64,000 bases of DNA from positions 14,900 to 78,899 of the forward strand of contig CAKOXI010000001.1 of the NCBI GenBank assembly GCA_934130045.1, read 5' to 3'. Of the stretch, positions 18,882 through 28,921 are shown piece by piece. The position numbers were made by a program, and so were the translations under genes. The notes below the pieces were generated by a model. That model saw only the letters and a list, made by a program, of their open reading frames with translations, was not told the origin of the DNA and did not search any database. Within the stretch, counting starts at the first letter, position 1; every line of letters begins with the position of its first letter. Source of the DNA: an uncultured Bacilli bacterium (GTDB taxonomy: Bacteria; Bacillota_I; Bacilli_A; RF39; UBA660).

Positions 18882-19850
18882 ATGAATAATAAAACATTAT
18901 ATATTATCGTTCCCTGTTATAATGAAGAAGAGGTTTTAATTGATACATCAAATAAGTTAAAAAATAAAATTAATTCTTTAATTTTAAGTAAAAGAATATC
19001 TAATAAAAGTAAAATAATGTTTGTAGATGATGGATCTAGTGATAAAACTTGGGAATATATAAAAGAAATTAGTTCTTGTGAAAAAATTTTTACGGGTATT
19101 TCTTTATCTAGAAATTTTGGTCATCAAAATGCTTTGGTAGCTGGACTTTTAAGTGCTAAAGAATATGCTGATGTTGTTATAACAATAGATGCAGATTTAC
19201 AAGATGATATAAATGCGATTGACTTGATGCTTGATAAATATTATAGTGGTAGTGATATTGTTTATGGGGTTAGAAATAAAAGAAAAAATGATTCTTATTT
19301 TAAACGTATGAGTGCTCAATTTTTTTATAAATTTATGAATTTTTTAGGAGCTGAATGTATTTATAATCATGCTGATTATAGATTAACCTCAAAAAAAGTT
19401 TTGAATGTTTTTTCTGATTATAAAGAGGTAAATTTATTTTTACGTGGAATATTTCCCTTAATTGGTTTTAATTCATCTTGTGTTTATTATGAAAGACTTG
19501 AACGTACGGGCGGTAAATCTAAATATTCATTTAAAAAAATGTTTCATTTTGCTTGTGATGGTATAACGTCTTTTAGCATTAAACCTCTTAGGTTTATTTG
19601 TTTAATTGGATTTTTAATTTTAATTATTAGTATATTTATAATGGTATATTCTTTAATTAGAAAGTTAAGTGGAAATACGGTTGATGGTTGGACTTTTTTA
19701 GCTATTTCAATTTGGTTTATTGGTGGATTACAAATGATTAGTATTGGAATTATTGGTGAATATATTGGAAAAATTTATGGTGAATCAAAATCTAGACCAA
19801 GATTCATTGTGGCAGAGGATTTAAATAAAAAAAATGAGGTGGAAGTATAA
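18882..19850 (+). CDS. GT2 glycosyltransferase, GtrB/DPM1-like bactoprenol-phosphate sugar transferase
   Basis: The product has YIIVPCYNEEE, VDDGSSD and DADLQDD motifs plus C-terminal TMs. Confidence 0.8.
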   Translation: MNNKTLYIIVPCYNEEEVLIDTSNKLKNKINSLILSKRISNKSKIMFVDDGSSDKTWEYIKEISSCEKIFTGISLSRNFGHQNALVAGLLSAKEYADVVITIDADLQDDINAIDLMLDKYYSGSDIVYGVRNKRKNDSYFKRMSAQFFYKFMNFLGAECIYNHADYRLTSKKVLNVFSDYKEVNLFLRGIFPLIGFNSSCVYYERLERTGGKSKYSFKKMFHFACDGITSFSIKPLRFICLIGFLILIISIFIMVYSLIRKLSGNTVDGWTFLAISIWFIGGLQMISIGIIGEYIGKIYGESKSRPRFIVAEDLNKKNEVEV

Positions 19851-19851
19851 A

Positions 19852-20235
19852 ATGAAAATTTTAATTGTAGATGATGATATGCATAAAATAAACCATATTT
19901 TATTTGCTTTTCAGAATGATAATATTGATATAAGTAACAATTTTTTTAATGGACTAAAGAAAATTCAATCAAATAGTTATGATTTATTAATTTTAGATAT
20001 GAATTTTCCGATTAGTGAAGGTGGGAAACTTCATGAATTAGGTTTTAAATTTTTAGATGAATTAAAAAGAGAAAAAATTAGTATGCCGACTATTATTTAT
20101 TCTAGTGAATTATATGATGTTGCTAATTATAAGAATGTAATAGATTATATTAAATATAACATTTTATCTGATGAAAGAGAACATATAAATAATATTAAAT
20201 CTAAAGTCTTATCATTAAATAAATGCAAGAATTAA
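19852..20235 (+). CDS. Stand-alone response-regulator receiver (CheY-like) domain protein
   Basis: The product begins MKILIVDDD, contains LLILDMNFP (phospho-acceptor Asp region) and has no output domain. The RBS is GAGGTGGAAG. Confidence 0.65.
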   Translation: MKILIVDDDMHKINHILFAFQNDNIDISNNFFNGLKKIQSNSYDLLILDMNFPISEGGKLHELGFKFLDELKREKISMPTIIYSSELYDVANYKNVIDYIKYNILSDEREHINNIKSKVLSLNKCKN

Positions 20236-20262
20236 TATTGTTTTATTTAATTTGTTAATTTA

Positions 20263-20291
20263 CATATTAATATATACATGTTATAATTGTT
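20263..20291 (+). promoter_or_regulatory. Sigma-A-type promoter with an extended -10
   Basis: The -35 TTTACA (20263-20268) is 17 nt from a TG-n-TATAAT (20283-20291). A second TGTTATAAT lies immediately downstream. Confidence 0.4.
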
Positions 20292-20311
20292 ATAATAAGT
20301 GAGGGATTGTT

Positions 20312-20692
20312 ATGAATGAAGAAAAGAATAATAATGAATTGAACTATAATTTTGATTTTGAGAGTCAAGTTAATAATAACAACACTAAAGAATCAAAAGA
20401 AACTGTTGAGGTATTAGATGATGAAACTTTGGAAGATAAACCAGTTTTAAATAATTTAGATACTGCTAATATTGTAGACAGCGAAAATAAAGTAAATACT
20501 GTTGATGACAATATAGAAATATTAGAAGAAAATGCTGATGAGCAAAAAGAAGAAGTAAAAGATAATAATGTAAAAAAAATAAAAATTCTTAATAAAGAGT
20601 TCAATTATGAAGATGTTATTTTAGTTGCTATGGGTATTATAATATTAGTTTCAATATTTTTATTACCAACTATAATGCGTATATTTAAATAG
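20312..20692 (+). CDS. Hypothetical acidic protein with a C-terminal TM anchor
   Basis: The 126-aa product is E/D/N-rich and ends with the TM VILVAMGIIILVSIFLLPTI. The RBS is GAGGGA. Confidence 0.45.
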   Translation: MNEEKNNNELNYNFDFESQVNNNNTKESKETVEVLDDETLEDKPVLNNLDTANIVDSENKVNTVDDNIEILEENADEQKEEVKDNNVKKIKILNKEFNYEDVILVAMGIIILVSIFLLPTIMRIFK

Positions 20693-20815
20693 AAAAGGTT
20701 TAATTGATATGAACCCCGTTTCTTGGACAAAGAAGCGAGGTTTTTATATCCATAAAAAAACCAATCTATAGATTGGCTATGTATAAAAAACTTGATTTAC
20801 AAGTTTAAGCACTTT

Positions 20816-20900
20816 GGTACCAGCCAAGGGACTTGAACCCTCATGATATTGCTATCGGTGGATTTTGAGTCCACTGCGTCTACCATTCCGCCAGGCTGGC
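20816..20900 (-). tRNA. tRNA-Leu (anticodon CAA), type II with a long variable arm
   Basis: The reverse complement gives GCCAGCC acceptor, a D-arm, anticodon stem GTGGA/TCCAC with loop CTCAAAA, a 16-nt variable arm, a T-arm and ACCA at the 3' end. Confidence 0.85.
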
Positions 20901-20946
20901 AAGTACAAATAGATTATATCAAACCTATTTTAAATAATCAATAATT

Positions 20947-21510
20947 TTATTGATTTTCTTTATATCTTGTCTCAAATAAATTTTCTTCTTTTTCGTTTTG
21001 TTCTATATTCATATTAATTGGTGGTAATTCTGTTAAACTTGATAATCCAAAGTAATCAAGAAAATGTGGAGTTGTTGAATATAATATTGGTCTACCTGGT
21101 AATTCTGATTTACCGCAATCTTGTATTAAATTTTTTATTAATAATTTTCTTATTACGTGGGTACTACTAACTCCTCTTATTTCTTCTATTTGATTTCTAG
21201 TAATTGGTTGATTATATGCGATTATTGCTAGTGTTTCTAATGCTGATTCACTTAATTCACCATTTGCTTCATTTTTTGCCATTTTTTCAAAATAATTCTT
21301 GTGTTCTTTTTTTGTAGTAAGCTTAAATGCTCCACCAAGTAATTCTAGCTTAATTCCTCTATTTGGTTTTTTATATGTTTCGTTAAGAGCTCTTATTACT
21401 TCTTTTCCTGTATTATCATCAACGTTTAAAATATCTTTAATTTGTTCAAATGTTAAACCATCACTACCTGCTAAAAAAAGTAGTCCTTCTAATACGGCTT
21501 CTAAATTCAT
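20947..21510 (-). CDS. scpB: Segregation and condensation protein B
   Basis: The 187-aa product begins LEGLLFLAG...LTFEQI. It is coupled to scpA upstream. Confidence 0.85.
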   Translation of the reverse strand: MNLEAVLEGLLFLAGSDGLTFEQIKDILNVDDNTGKEVIRALNETYKKPNRGIKLELLGGAFKLTTKKEHKNYFEKMAKNEANGELSESALETLAIIAYNQPITRNQIEEIRGVSSTHVIRKLLIKNLIQDCGKSELPGRPILYSTTPHFLDYFGLSSLTELPPINMNIEQNEKEENLFETRYKENQ

Positions 21511-21511
21511 T

Positions 21512-22237
21512 TTAATTCACCTCAATATTACGTAAAATTATTTGATCTAAATTATTTTCTTGTTCTATTATTATTTCTTTCTTTTTAGCTAAATCAAGTA
21601 TAGATAAAAATGTTACAATTATGTATTCTTTAGTTATTATATCAAATAATTCTATAAAGTTTATATATTTTTTCTTTTTCAAAATATTTTTTATTTCAAC
21701 ATTTCTTTTTTCTATGGAATATTCTTTTTTTGTTATTGTTGTGTTTAATGGTTTTTTTAGTTCTTTATTATTTAAAAAATTATTAAATGCTTCTGTTAAT
21801 TTAGATATATCACTTGTTTCATTATTTATTATATCATCATTTATGACTTGTAAATTTTCTGGCTCTTTAGTATATATGTTATTTCTTTCTAATTTTAATT
21901 CTTTTAATTGAGGAATGACATTTTTATAGTTATTATATTCTATAAGTTTGTTTATTAAATTTTCAGTGGGATTAATTTCATCTTCTTCAATATTTGTGTT
22001 TTTAGGGAGTAGTGAATATGATTTTATTTCCATTAATTCAGCTGCTACACTTAAGTATTCACTTGCTATATTTAAATTTAGTTTTTCACTTTCGTTTATT
22101 ATATTTAAATATTGTGTTGCTAATTCTGTAATATTAACATCATAAATATTTATGTTTGATTTTTTTATTAAGTGCAATAATAAATCTAGTGGTCCTTCAA
22201 AATCATTAATAGTAAATTTATATTCCATAAAACTCAC
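21512..22237 (-). CDS. scpA: Segregation and condensation protein A
   Basis: The 241-aa product begins FEGPLDLLLHLIKK, the ScpA N-terminus. Confidence 0.85.
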   Translation of the reverse strand: MSFMEYKFTINDFEGPLDLLLHLIKKSNINIYDVNITELATQYLNIINESEKLNLNIASEYLSVAAELMEIKSYSLLPKNTNIEEDEINPTENLINKLIEYNNYKNVIPQLKELKLERNNIYTKEPENLQVINDDIINNETSDISKLTEAFNNFLNNKELKKPLNTTITKKEYSIEKRNVEIKNILKKKKYINFIELFDIITKEYIIVTFLSILDLAKKKEIIIEQENNLDQIILRNIEVN

Positions 22238-22363
22238 TCCAAGTAGAATTATTATATCAATTTTTTTATATTTTGTAAATTTAAATTTTTAGTGTTAGGT
22301 TTGCTAAAATTGACTTTTATGTTTTAAATTTATATAATATATTCATAATAGTTAGGTGGATTT

Positions 22364-22666
22364 ATGAAACAGTTTTTTAAAAAAGATGAAGAATTTATTT
22401 GTGATAATTGTGGTAAAAGTGTAGGAAAATTATTATATACTACTAGGGATCATTGTCCATATTGTTTATATTCAAAACATGTTGATATAAACCCAGGTGA
22501 TAGAGCTAATAAATGTTTAGGACTTTTAGTACCTATTGATATTGAAAAATTTAAAAGTAGTTATAAAATAATTTATAAATGTAATAGATGTGGTATAATT
22601 CATAAAAATATTATGGCCAGTGATGATGATTTTGAAAAAATAATTGTATTAAGTAAGAAAAGATAA
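22364..22666 (+). CDS. RNHCP-domain zinc-ribbon protein
   Basis: The product contains CDNCGK...RDHCPYCLYSKH...CNRCG, the literal RNHCP-like (RDHCP) motif. Confidence 0.6.
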   Translation: MKQFFKKDEEFICDNCGKSVGKLLYTTRDHCPYCLYSKHVDINPGDRANKCLGLLVPIDIEKFKSSYKIIYKCNRCGIIHKNIMASDDDFEKIIVLSKKR

Positions 22667-22730
22667 ATTTTCCTTTTTTTTTTTATATTTTTAGTATATA
22701 CTAAATATAGAATAAAAAGTAGGTGTTTGG

Positions 22731-24335
22731 ATGATTTTAAAAAAACCTTATAAATTTTTAATTAAAAATTTTAAGTTAATACATTTAATATTAACTATTT
22801 TAATGGTATATGTTATTTACAAATTTAATTTTATTTTTTCATTTTTTAATATGTCCGTTAGTGATTATGGTGGTGTTATTACAACTGATGCAACAGGTAC
22901 TTTATATAATCTCTATATATATTTAGCAATTATGTTGATTATAATTGTTTCTTTAGTATTGATTGGTGTATTGTATTTTAAGAAAAAACCGATTAAATTA
23001 TATATTTTAAATATTATATTTTATATTTTTGTTGCAATACTAATTGCTTATTCTTATAGTGTTGTTAGCACTATGCAACTAAAAATAGTTGATGTGAAAA
23101 TTATAAGAAATGTTAGAGATTTTTTGATTTTAGGATATTTATTACAGGTAATTTCTATTATTTTATTTGGCATTAGATCTTTAGGCTTTGATATAAAAAA
23201 GTTTGATTTTAAAAAAGATTTAGAAGAATTTGATATTACTGCCGAAGATAATGAGGAATTTGAGTTTCAATTTGAAATTGATACTAATAAGGTTCATAGA
23301 AAATATAATAAAGGCAAAAGATATTTAGGATATTTTTATAAAGAAAATAGATATTTATTTTTTATAATAAGCAGTATATGTGTTGTAATTTTAAGTTTTA
23401 CTATATATTTAGGATTTAATGTTTATACAAAGGAATTTAAACAAAATGAATATTTTAAAACAACAGAATTTATGATAGGAATTAATAACAGTTACAAAAC
23501 GATTAATGATTATAGGGGAAATGTTGTTTCTGAAAATTCTACTTTTATTATTTTGGAAATTAGTATTAAAACTAATTATTCAAAGGACCTTGACTTAAAT
23601 TTAGCACGACCAGAACTTATTGTTGGAAACAATAAATATTATCACAATACTACCTATAATGACAAATTTATTGATTTAGGCAACACTTATCTTGATCAAA
23701 CTATATCTAACAAATTTGCTAAATATTTGCTGGTTTATGAAATACCAAATAATTTAATGAGTGATGATATAACTTTTAGATATGTTGATAAAAATGCAAA
23801 TATTACTAAACTTGAATCAAAGACAATTAATGTAAAGATAAATGTTAGAAATTTAGATGAAAATAAAAAAATTACCGAATATAAATTAGGTGATACTATA
23901 GATTTTTCTGGTAGTATTTTGGGTAAAACAGATTTTAATTTAAGTAGCTGCTTTATTAGTAATAAGTTTGATATTTATTATGACTTTTGTATTGAGGATA
24001 AATGTTATAATTCAATAGAAAGGTTAAAACCATCTATTTTAAATAATTATGACAAAGTTTTATTGAGAACAATTGGTAAAATTAATTGGGATGAAAATAT
24101 CGCGGCTAATAAAAAAGATAATTTGTTTAGATTTTTATCTATGTTTGGAACTTTTAGATATGAAATTGATGGTGTTGAAAAGGAAGATTTTACCACATTA
24201 AAAAATGTTGTTTCAAATAGAAAACAGGAAACAGATACTTATTATTTGGAAGCTATTAATGAAATAATTAATGCTTCAAAAATTGATTTGATTATTAAAG
24301 TTAGAGATTATACTTACATTTATAATATAAAATAA
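22731..24335 (+). CDS. Hypothetical polytopic membrane protein with a large C-terminal extracytoplasmic domain
   Basis: The 534-aa product has about 5 N-terminal TMs followed by a ~300-aa soluble domain. It sits at the proximal boundary of the accessory island. Confidence 0.45.
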   Translation: MILKKPYKFLIKNFKLIHLILTILMVYVIYKFNFIFSFFNMSVSDYGGVITTDATGTLYNLYIYLAIMLIIIVSLVLIGVLYFKKKPIKLYILNIIFYIFVAILIAYSYSVVSTMQLKIVDVKIIRNVRDFLILGYLLQVISIILFGIRSLGFDIKKFDFKKDLEEFDITAEDNEEFEFQFEIDTNKVHRKYNKGKRYLGYFYKENRYLFFIISSICVVILSFTIYLGFNVYTKEFKQNEYFKTTEFMIGINNSYKTINDYRGNVVSENSTFIILEISIKTNYSKDLDLNLARPELIVGNNKYYHNTTYNDKFIDLGNTYLDQTISNKFAKYLLVYEIPNNLMSDDITFRYVDKNANITKLESKTINVKINVRNLDENKKITEYKLGDTIDFSGSILGKTDFNLSSCFISNKFDIYYDFCIEDKCYNSIERLKPSILNNYDKVLLRTIGKINWDENIAANKKDNLFRFLSMFGTFRYEIDGVEKEDFTTLKNVVSNRKQETDTYYLEAINEIINASKIDLIIKVRDYTYIYNIK

Positions 24336-24407
24336 TGTAAATAGATACCTTAATTTATTGATTTTTAAAAAAAAGTATATTATAATTAGAATGCGAGGTA
24401 GTATATA

Positions 24408-25064
24408 GTGATAAAAAAAATATTGAAAATTTCATTTTTGTACTTTTTTTTGAGTTTATTACCTATTAGTGCTAAAGCCTTTTGTAGAGAAAGCAGTATG
24501 TCTTCACTCAAAGAACTTGCTAGCAATATAAATGTAAGCTATTCATATAAAATTCAGAATGATTATGCTTTATTTGATGTTACTTTGGACAATGTATTTG
24601 GTGAAGTTTATGTACTAGATGAAAATCAAAATAGATATGATTATAATAAATATAATAAAGGCGTTTTAGTTTTTACAAACCTTTCACAGGGAAAAAATTA
24701 TGCTTTTCAAATTTATGCTAATGGTGGTGAATGTGGTGATGCATATTTGACCACTGTTTATGCTACTACACCTACATATAATAGATATTATAATTCAAAT
24801 ATATGTAGTAATGCTAAAGAATATGAATTATGTGGAAGATGGGTTAGTCATAATTTGAATTATCATGATTTTGTTAATAAAGTTAAAGAATATGTAGAAA
24901 AAAAAGATAATGATAAAACAATCGAAGATAATAAAAGTATACCTACAATATCTTATGTACTAAATTTTATTGAAATGTATTATGTGTATATAATTATTAC
25001 CATTGTTATTGTTATTTTACTAATTAAATATATAAAATATAAACGCGATACATTTGGATTTTAG
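24408..25064 (+). CDS. Hypothetical secreted protein with a C-terminal TM anchor
   Basis: It starts with GTG and has a signal peptide LLPISAKA and a C-terminal TM YVYIIITIVIVILLI. It is the first gene of the co-directional island block. Confidence 0.4.
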   Translation: MIKKILKISFLYFFLSLLPISAKAFCRESSMSSLKELASNINVSYSYKIQNDYALFDVTLDNVFGEVYVLDENQNRYDYNKYNKGVLVFTNLSQGKNYAFQIYANGGECGDAYLTTVYATTPTYNRYYNSNICSNAKEYELCGRWVSHNLNYHDFVNKVKEYVEKKDNDKTIEDNKSIPTISYVLNFIEMYYVYIIITIVIVILLIKYIKYKRDTFGF

Positions 25065-25078
25065 AAAAAGGTGAATTT

Positions 25079-25459
25079 ATGAAAAAAATATTGATTGTCG
25101 TTAATTTAATGATAATTGCATTTGCCATGAGTGGGTGTGGATGCAGCAAGAAAAATAAAATATTACAGTGTACTAGTGAACTAGATGAATATAATGAAAA
25201 AAAATATGTTGAAGCAAAATTTGAAGATGATTATTTAGTAAGTCAATCTATTGAAACTACAACAGTTTTTGATAGTGAAATAAATGCGACAAGATTTTAT
25301 GAAATGTACAAAGATTCTGACATGTATGAAACATCAATAAATGGATTAGAAGTTACTTTGAAACAAAATGCTGACAATTCCTCGACTGATGATATATTTA
25401 AATATGATAATTTCTATAATTCAATGATTGAAAATAATTTTAAATGTAAAAAAAAGTAA
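25079..25459 (+). CDS. Putative small lipoprotein
   Basis: The product begins MKKILIVVNLMIIAFAMSGCGCSK, with a lipobox. Confidence 0.5.
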   Translation: MKKILIVVNLMIIAFAMSGCGCSKKNKILQCTSELDEYNEKKYVEAKFEDDYLVSQSIETTTVFDSEINATRFYEMYKDSDMYETSINGLEVTLKQNADNSSTDDIFKYDNFYNSMIENNFKCKKK

Positions 25460-25474
25460 CAAGGTGGTGATATA

Positions 25475-28400
25475 ATGAAGAAAAAAAGATTTTTATTATT
25501 AATGATTATGTTTATTACCAACTTTTTAATAGTTACAAATGTAAGTGCCGCGGTTGGAGAGTGGATTGGTGATTATTGTGATTCATGTGGTACTTATGGA
25601 ACTGCGGGAAAATGTGATCAGGTTAAGTATACTAATGTTGGCTTATTTCGAGTAACATTTTATTTGAATGGTGAAAAAATCGGCTCTAGTGTTAATGTTA
25701 GCAGCAACGAAACGTATAAAGATTTAGCAAAAAATGCAAAGTGGCATTGGGGTGATGGAAAAACTGATATTGTATCATATGCATCAGGTCAAACTTTAGG
25801 TACTCCTGTTTCTGGCGGACTTGATACAATTGTTATTAATGGTATAAATGTAAGTAATGTTCAAAACAAATTAAGCCCATCAAAAAATTCAAAAAATGTT
25901 CAGAAAATTTTAACTGAAGCTGGTATTACAAAATTTAAATTTAAAAATGGAAAAATATATTATACACCAGATGATGGAGTGTGCGAGGAAGATTATCAAA
26001 TTCAAATGGTTGTTGAATCTATGCAAGTCATTAATTGGCTATGTACTACAGATGGACTTGATAATCATAGGTGGATTGGGACACCTTATGAATTAAATAA
26101 TGGTTTGTTGCAACAAGGTTATGATAGTCATGTTGGCGGAAACGGTTATATGAGTGGCTCAATTGTTGATAAAACATTATTAAGCTCTCTTAGAATAGAT
26201 AAAGATGTTAAAATTGGTAATGTTGCTTTTACTTCAGTTGATGATTGCTTGAAAATACATATTAGAGGGTACAAACCAACGGAAGGGTATGGATTTAATG
26301 TTTATGATTTAACAGGAGAGATAAAAATTGATTGTGAACCAGAATGTTGTGTTCCATGTAATACATCAAATCCAAATTTAATCACTGCAATAAATTCTGG
26401 TAAATTTGCATGTGATCCAAATAACTGTGATGGTGAAGACGAAATAGCAACTGACATTGATTCAGAAGGAAAGCTTGTTTGTGAACCTTATATTCCTGAT
26501 GATTGTTGTAATCCAACAATAGAAGATTGCTGTGAGATTGGAACTAAATTATGTGGTGGTGGTATTGTTACTAAATCATATTATGACAAATATTGTACTA
26601 GCACATGTGAATATCAAATTGATCCCCCTACAGCGACTACTGGAGTGTGTACAACTGAAAAGTTACATTCTGAGTCTAAATTTACAGATGGTCATTTTAG
26701 TGAAAATTACTGGGTTTACCTAAATTTATTTTATCAAAACAAAGGTGCAATTTATCAAGAAGAAATGTCATCAACGTATTGTGAAACATATTGTCAAGAA
26801 AAAACTATAATAGAATTACCTGAAAATTATCCATATGTAAATGCAGGAAGGTATTTTACTTGGACAATAGCCGATTCAAAGGATTCTTTAATAAAAGAAA
26901 CTGTTTATAAAAACTGTGCTACTAATATTGAACTTGATAAATGGCGTAAAGATTATAAAAATGCATTAGATGATATAAATGGAAACTTTTATTATGTAAA
27001 GAACGATACATCTCCTAGCGGAATAGAAAATAGGGCTTATGAATTGATTGATGCATACAATAAATGTATGGGTGATGCAAGTTCTCCATCTGATGAGCAA
27101 AAACAAGCATACAGAGATGGACTAAATATAGATGATATAAGAGATGGTGTAATTCAAGATATTAATGATTGGAATAGTAACTTGCAAAATGCAAAAGATG
27201 ATTATGGTGATGGGTCATATGGTAGTCATTGGGATAATGATTTTGGATGTGATGCACATCATCCAGGATGTTTTAATGATATGTCACCAAAACCAACTGA
27301 TGATGCCTCTATTGATGCTGCTACTGAAGAAAAAATTAATGAAATGTTTAAACAATCCCGCGAAAGCGTTTGCATTACTATGTTTTCAGATGGTACGAGA
27401 AGGCTAACTATTTTGGCAAATGCTAGGGGTGATTCAATAAGTATTGATGCTAAAAGCCGTAATGTAACTTATATTGAAAAAAGCTTGGAACCTACTTTAC
27501 ATAATTTGATTTCTCAATTAAAAAATTGCCAGTATGAAGATAATCCGGAAGACGGGCCAGAACTTTCACTTTCTGAATATTTTGAGAAATATTTAAGCAA
27601 TTTAAATTCCACAGATTTGAAACTAAATTTAAATTATCAAACTTATTTATCAGAAAGAGAATACTCAAATGATGATATGATTAAAAACTCAAACATTATT
27701 GAACCATCAAAAAATGGTGGCTGTAATCAAAAAGATAAAAATAAATGCAATCCGAAAGATATTTTTGAAAGCAATGTTTGTGAGAATAAAATTATAAAAG
27801 CTAATTCTAATGATGGTGAAGGTATTAATGAATATGGAATTGGTTTTATTCCATCAGTGCTTGGTGAAGATTCAGTTTACTCAAAAAAACAAGATATATC
27901 AGGGAATTGGAAATCTTATGTATTCCTTAAAACTACTTCGGAAAATGATTTTAAATTAAAAAATAATATTAATGCTTGTATTTGCAAAGACGGTACGATT
28001 ATTGATGCGGCTGAAGATGGAAGTTGTGAATGTCCTGATATGAATTCTGTAACAGAAATAATTGCTGATATTTCTGATCAATATTCTTGTTATTTTGAAT
28101 GGAAAACAACGTATTATTATACAACTGTAGAAGATGGAAATTTAAGTGTTGAATATATGACTCCTACAGGATTATATCCGTTACAGCTTGATTACTCTAA
28201 TATTGGTACAAATAACGGACATTTTAGCAATTTTATGAGAAATGGAATTCTTGGAAGTGTTCCACATTGTCAAGGTGGTGTATGCCATTATTCTGATGAA
28301 GATGGGAAATGTTATTTTATAGTTAATAATGAAGTTATTACTGATGGTGGAAAAATTTATGACAATATTTGCCCAAATGGTAATTGCGGTGATGATGATA

Positions 28401-28921
28401 AATGTACTGAAGGGGATTGCTCTAATTATTGTGAAGTAGGCCATTGTTCTAATGATTCTAGTATTGGTGGAATGGAAATTATTTATAGGCAAGTTGATTT
28501 AAATAATCCATTTCCAGATAGAGAAGCTGGCAAAAATTGGCAAGGACATGAGAGTATAATAACACTTAATCGTGAAGTGGAAGGCTCAAATTTGTATAGT
28601 AGTAAACTTGAACCAGTTTATTCAATTACAATGACACCTGCAACTATAAAAGAAATTAGAAAGGTTAATGAAGCATTAAATTATGATTATTCATCAATTG
28701 GTACTATGATTTTTGATAAAGAAAAAATAACTGGTGGAGTAAGTTATATATTACGTGGAAGTTTAAAAAATATTGCTGAAAGTACTGGTGGAACATTTAC
28801 TATTAATTTAAATGATGCTAATACCGATGGAAGATTTGATGAAATTATGAATAATCCAAGTATAGACAGTTCTGGTAATTTAACAACTTGTCGTGAAATA
28901 GCAAGTGAGGTGATAGGATGA
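25475..28921 (+). CDS. Very large (1148 aa) secreted, extremely cysteine-rich protein; candidate pilus- or T4SS-associated adhesin or substrate
   Basis: The product has a signal peptide (FLIVTNVSAA). Dense CxxC and CC clusters occur throughout (DYCDSCGTYGTAGKCD, CCVPCNTS, DDCCNPTIEDCCEIG, CSNYCEVGHCSND). There is no LPxTG motif and no TM. Confidence 0.55.
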   Translation: MKKKRFLLLMIMFITNFLIVTNVSAAVGEWIGDYCDSCGTYGTAGKCDQVKYTNVGLFRVTFYLNGEKIGSSVNVSSNETYKDLAKNAKWHWGDGKTDIVSYASGQTLGTPVSGGLDTIVINGINVSNVQNKLSPSKNSKNVQKILTEAGITKFKFKNGKIYYTPDDGVCEEDYQIQMVVESMQVINWLCTTDGLDNHRWIGTPYELNNGLLQQGYDSHVGGNGYMSGSIVDKTLLSSLRIDKDVKIGNVAFTSVDDCLKIHIRGYKPTEGYGFNVYDLTGEIKIDCEPECCVPCNTSNPNLITAINSGKFACDPNNCDGEDEIATDIDSEGKLVCEPYIPDDCCNPTIEDCCEIGTKLCGGGIVTKSYYDKYCTSTCEYQIDPPTATTGVCTTEKLHSESKFTDGHFSENYWVYLNLFYQNKGAIYQEEMSSTYCETYCQEKTIIELPENYPYVNAGRYFTWTIADSKDSLIKETVYKNCATNIELDKWRKDYKNALDDINGNFYYVKNDTSPSGIENRAYELIDAYNKCMGDASSPSDEQKQAYRDGLNIDDIRDGVIQDINDWNSNLQNAKDDYGDGSYGSHWDNDFGCDAHHPGCFNDMSPKPTDDASIDAATEEKINEMFKQSRESVCITMFSDGTRRLTILANARGDSISIDAKSRNVTYIEKSLEPTLHNLISQLKNCQYEDNPEDGPELSLSEYFEKYLSNLNSTDLKLNLNYQTYLSEREYSNDDMIKNSNIIEPSKNGGCNQKDKNKCNPKDIFESNVCENKIIKANSNDGEGINEYGIGFIPSVLGEDSVYSKKQDISGNWKSYVFLKTTSENDFKLKNNINACICKDGTIIDAAEDGSCECPDMNSVTEIIADISDQYSCYFEWKTTYYYTTVEDGNLSVEYMTPTGLYPLQLDYSNIGTNNGHFSNFMRNGILGSVPHCQGGVCHYSDEDGKCYFIVNNEVITDGGKIYDNICPNGNCGDDDKCTEGDCSNYCEVGHCSNDSSIGGMEIIYRQVDLNNPFPDREAGKNWQGHESIITLNREVEGSNLYSSKLEPVYSITMTPATIKEIRKVNEALNYDYSSIGTMIFDKEKITGGVSYILRGSLKNIAESTGGTFTINLNDANTDGRFDEIMNNPSIDSSGNLTTCREIASEVIG

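Noticed and set aside
20816-22731. tRNA-Leu as the integration site of the 22.7-53.9 kb island
   Set aside because: Core genes scpB, scpA and RNHCP lie between the tRNA and the island. No direct repeat of the tRNA 3' end was seen at the distal boundary.
26532-28492. Short ORFs (26532-26723, 27165-27407, 28181-28492) inside or antisense to the 1148-aa gene
   Set aside because: They are fully embedded in a long, well-supported CDS, have no RBS and are AT-rich random frames. They are spurious.
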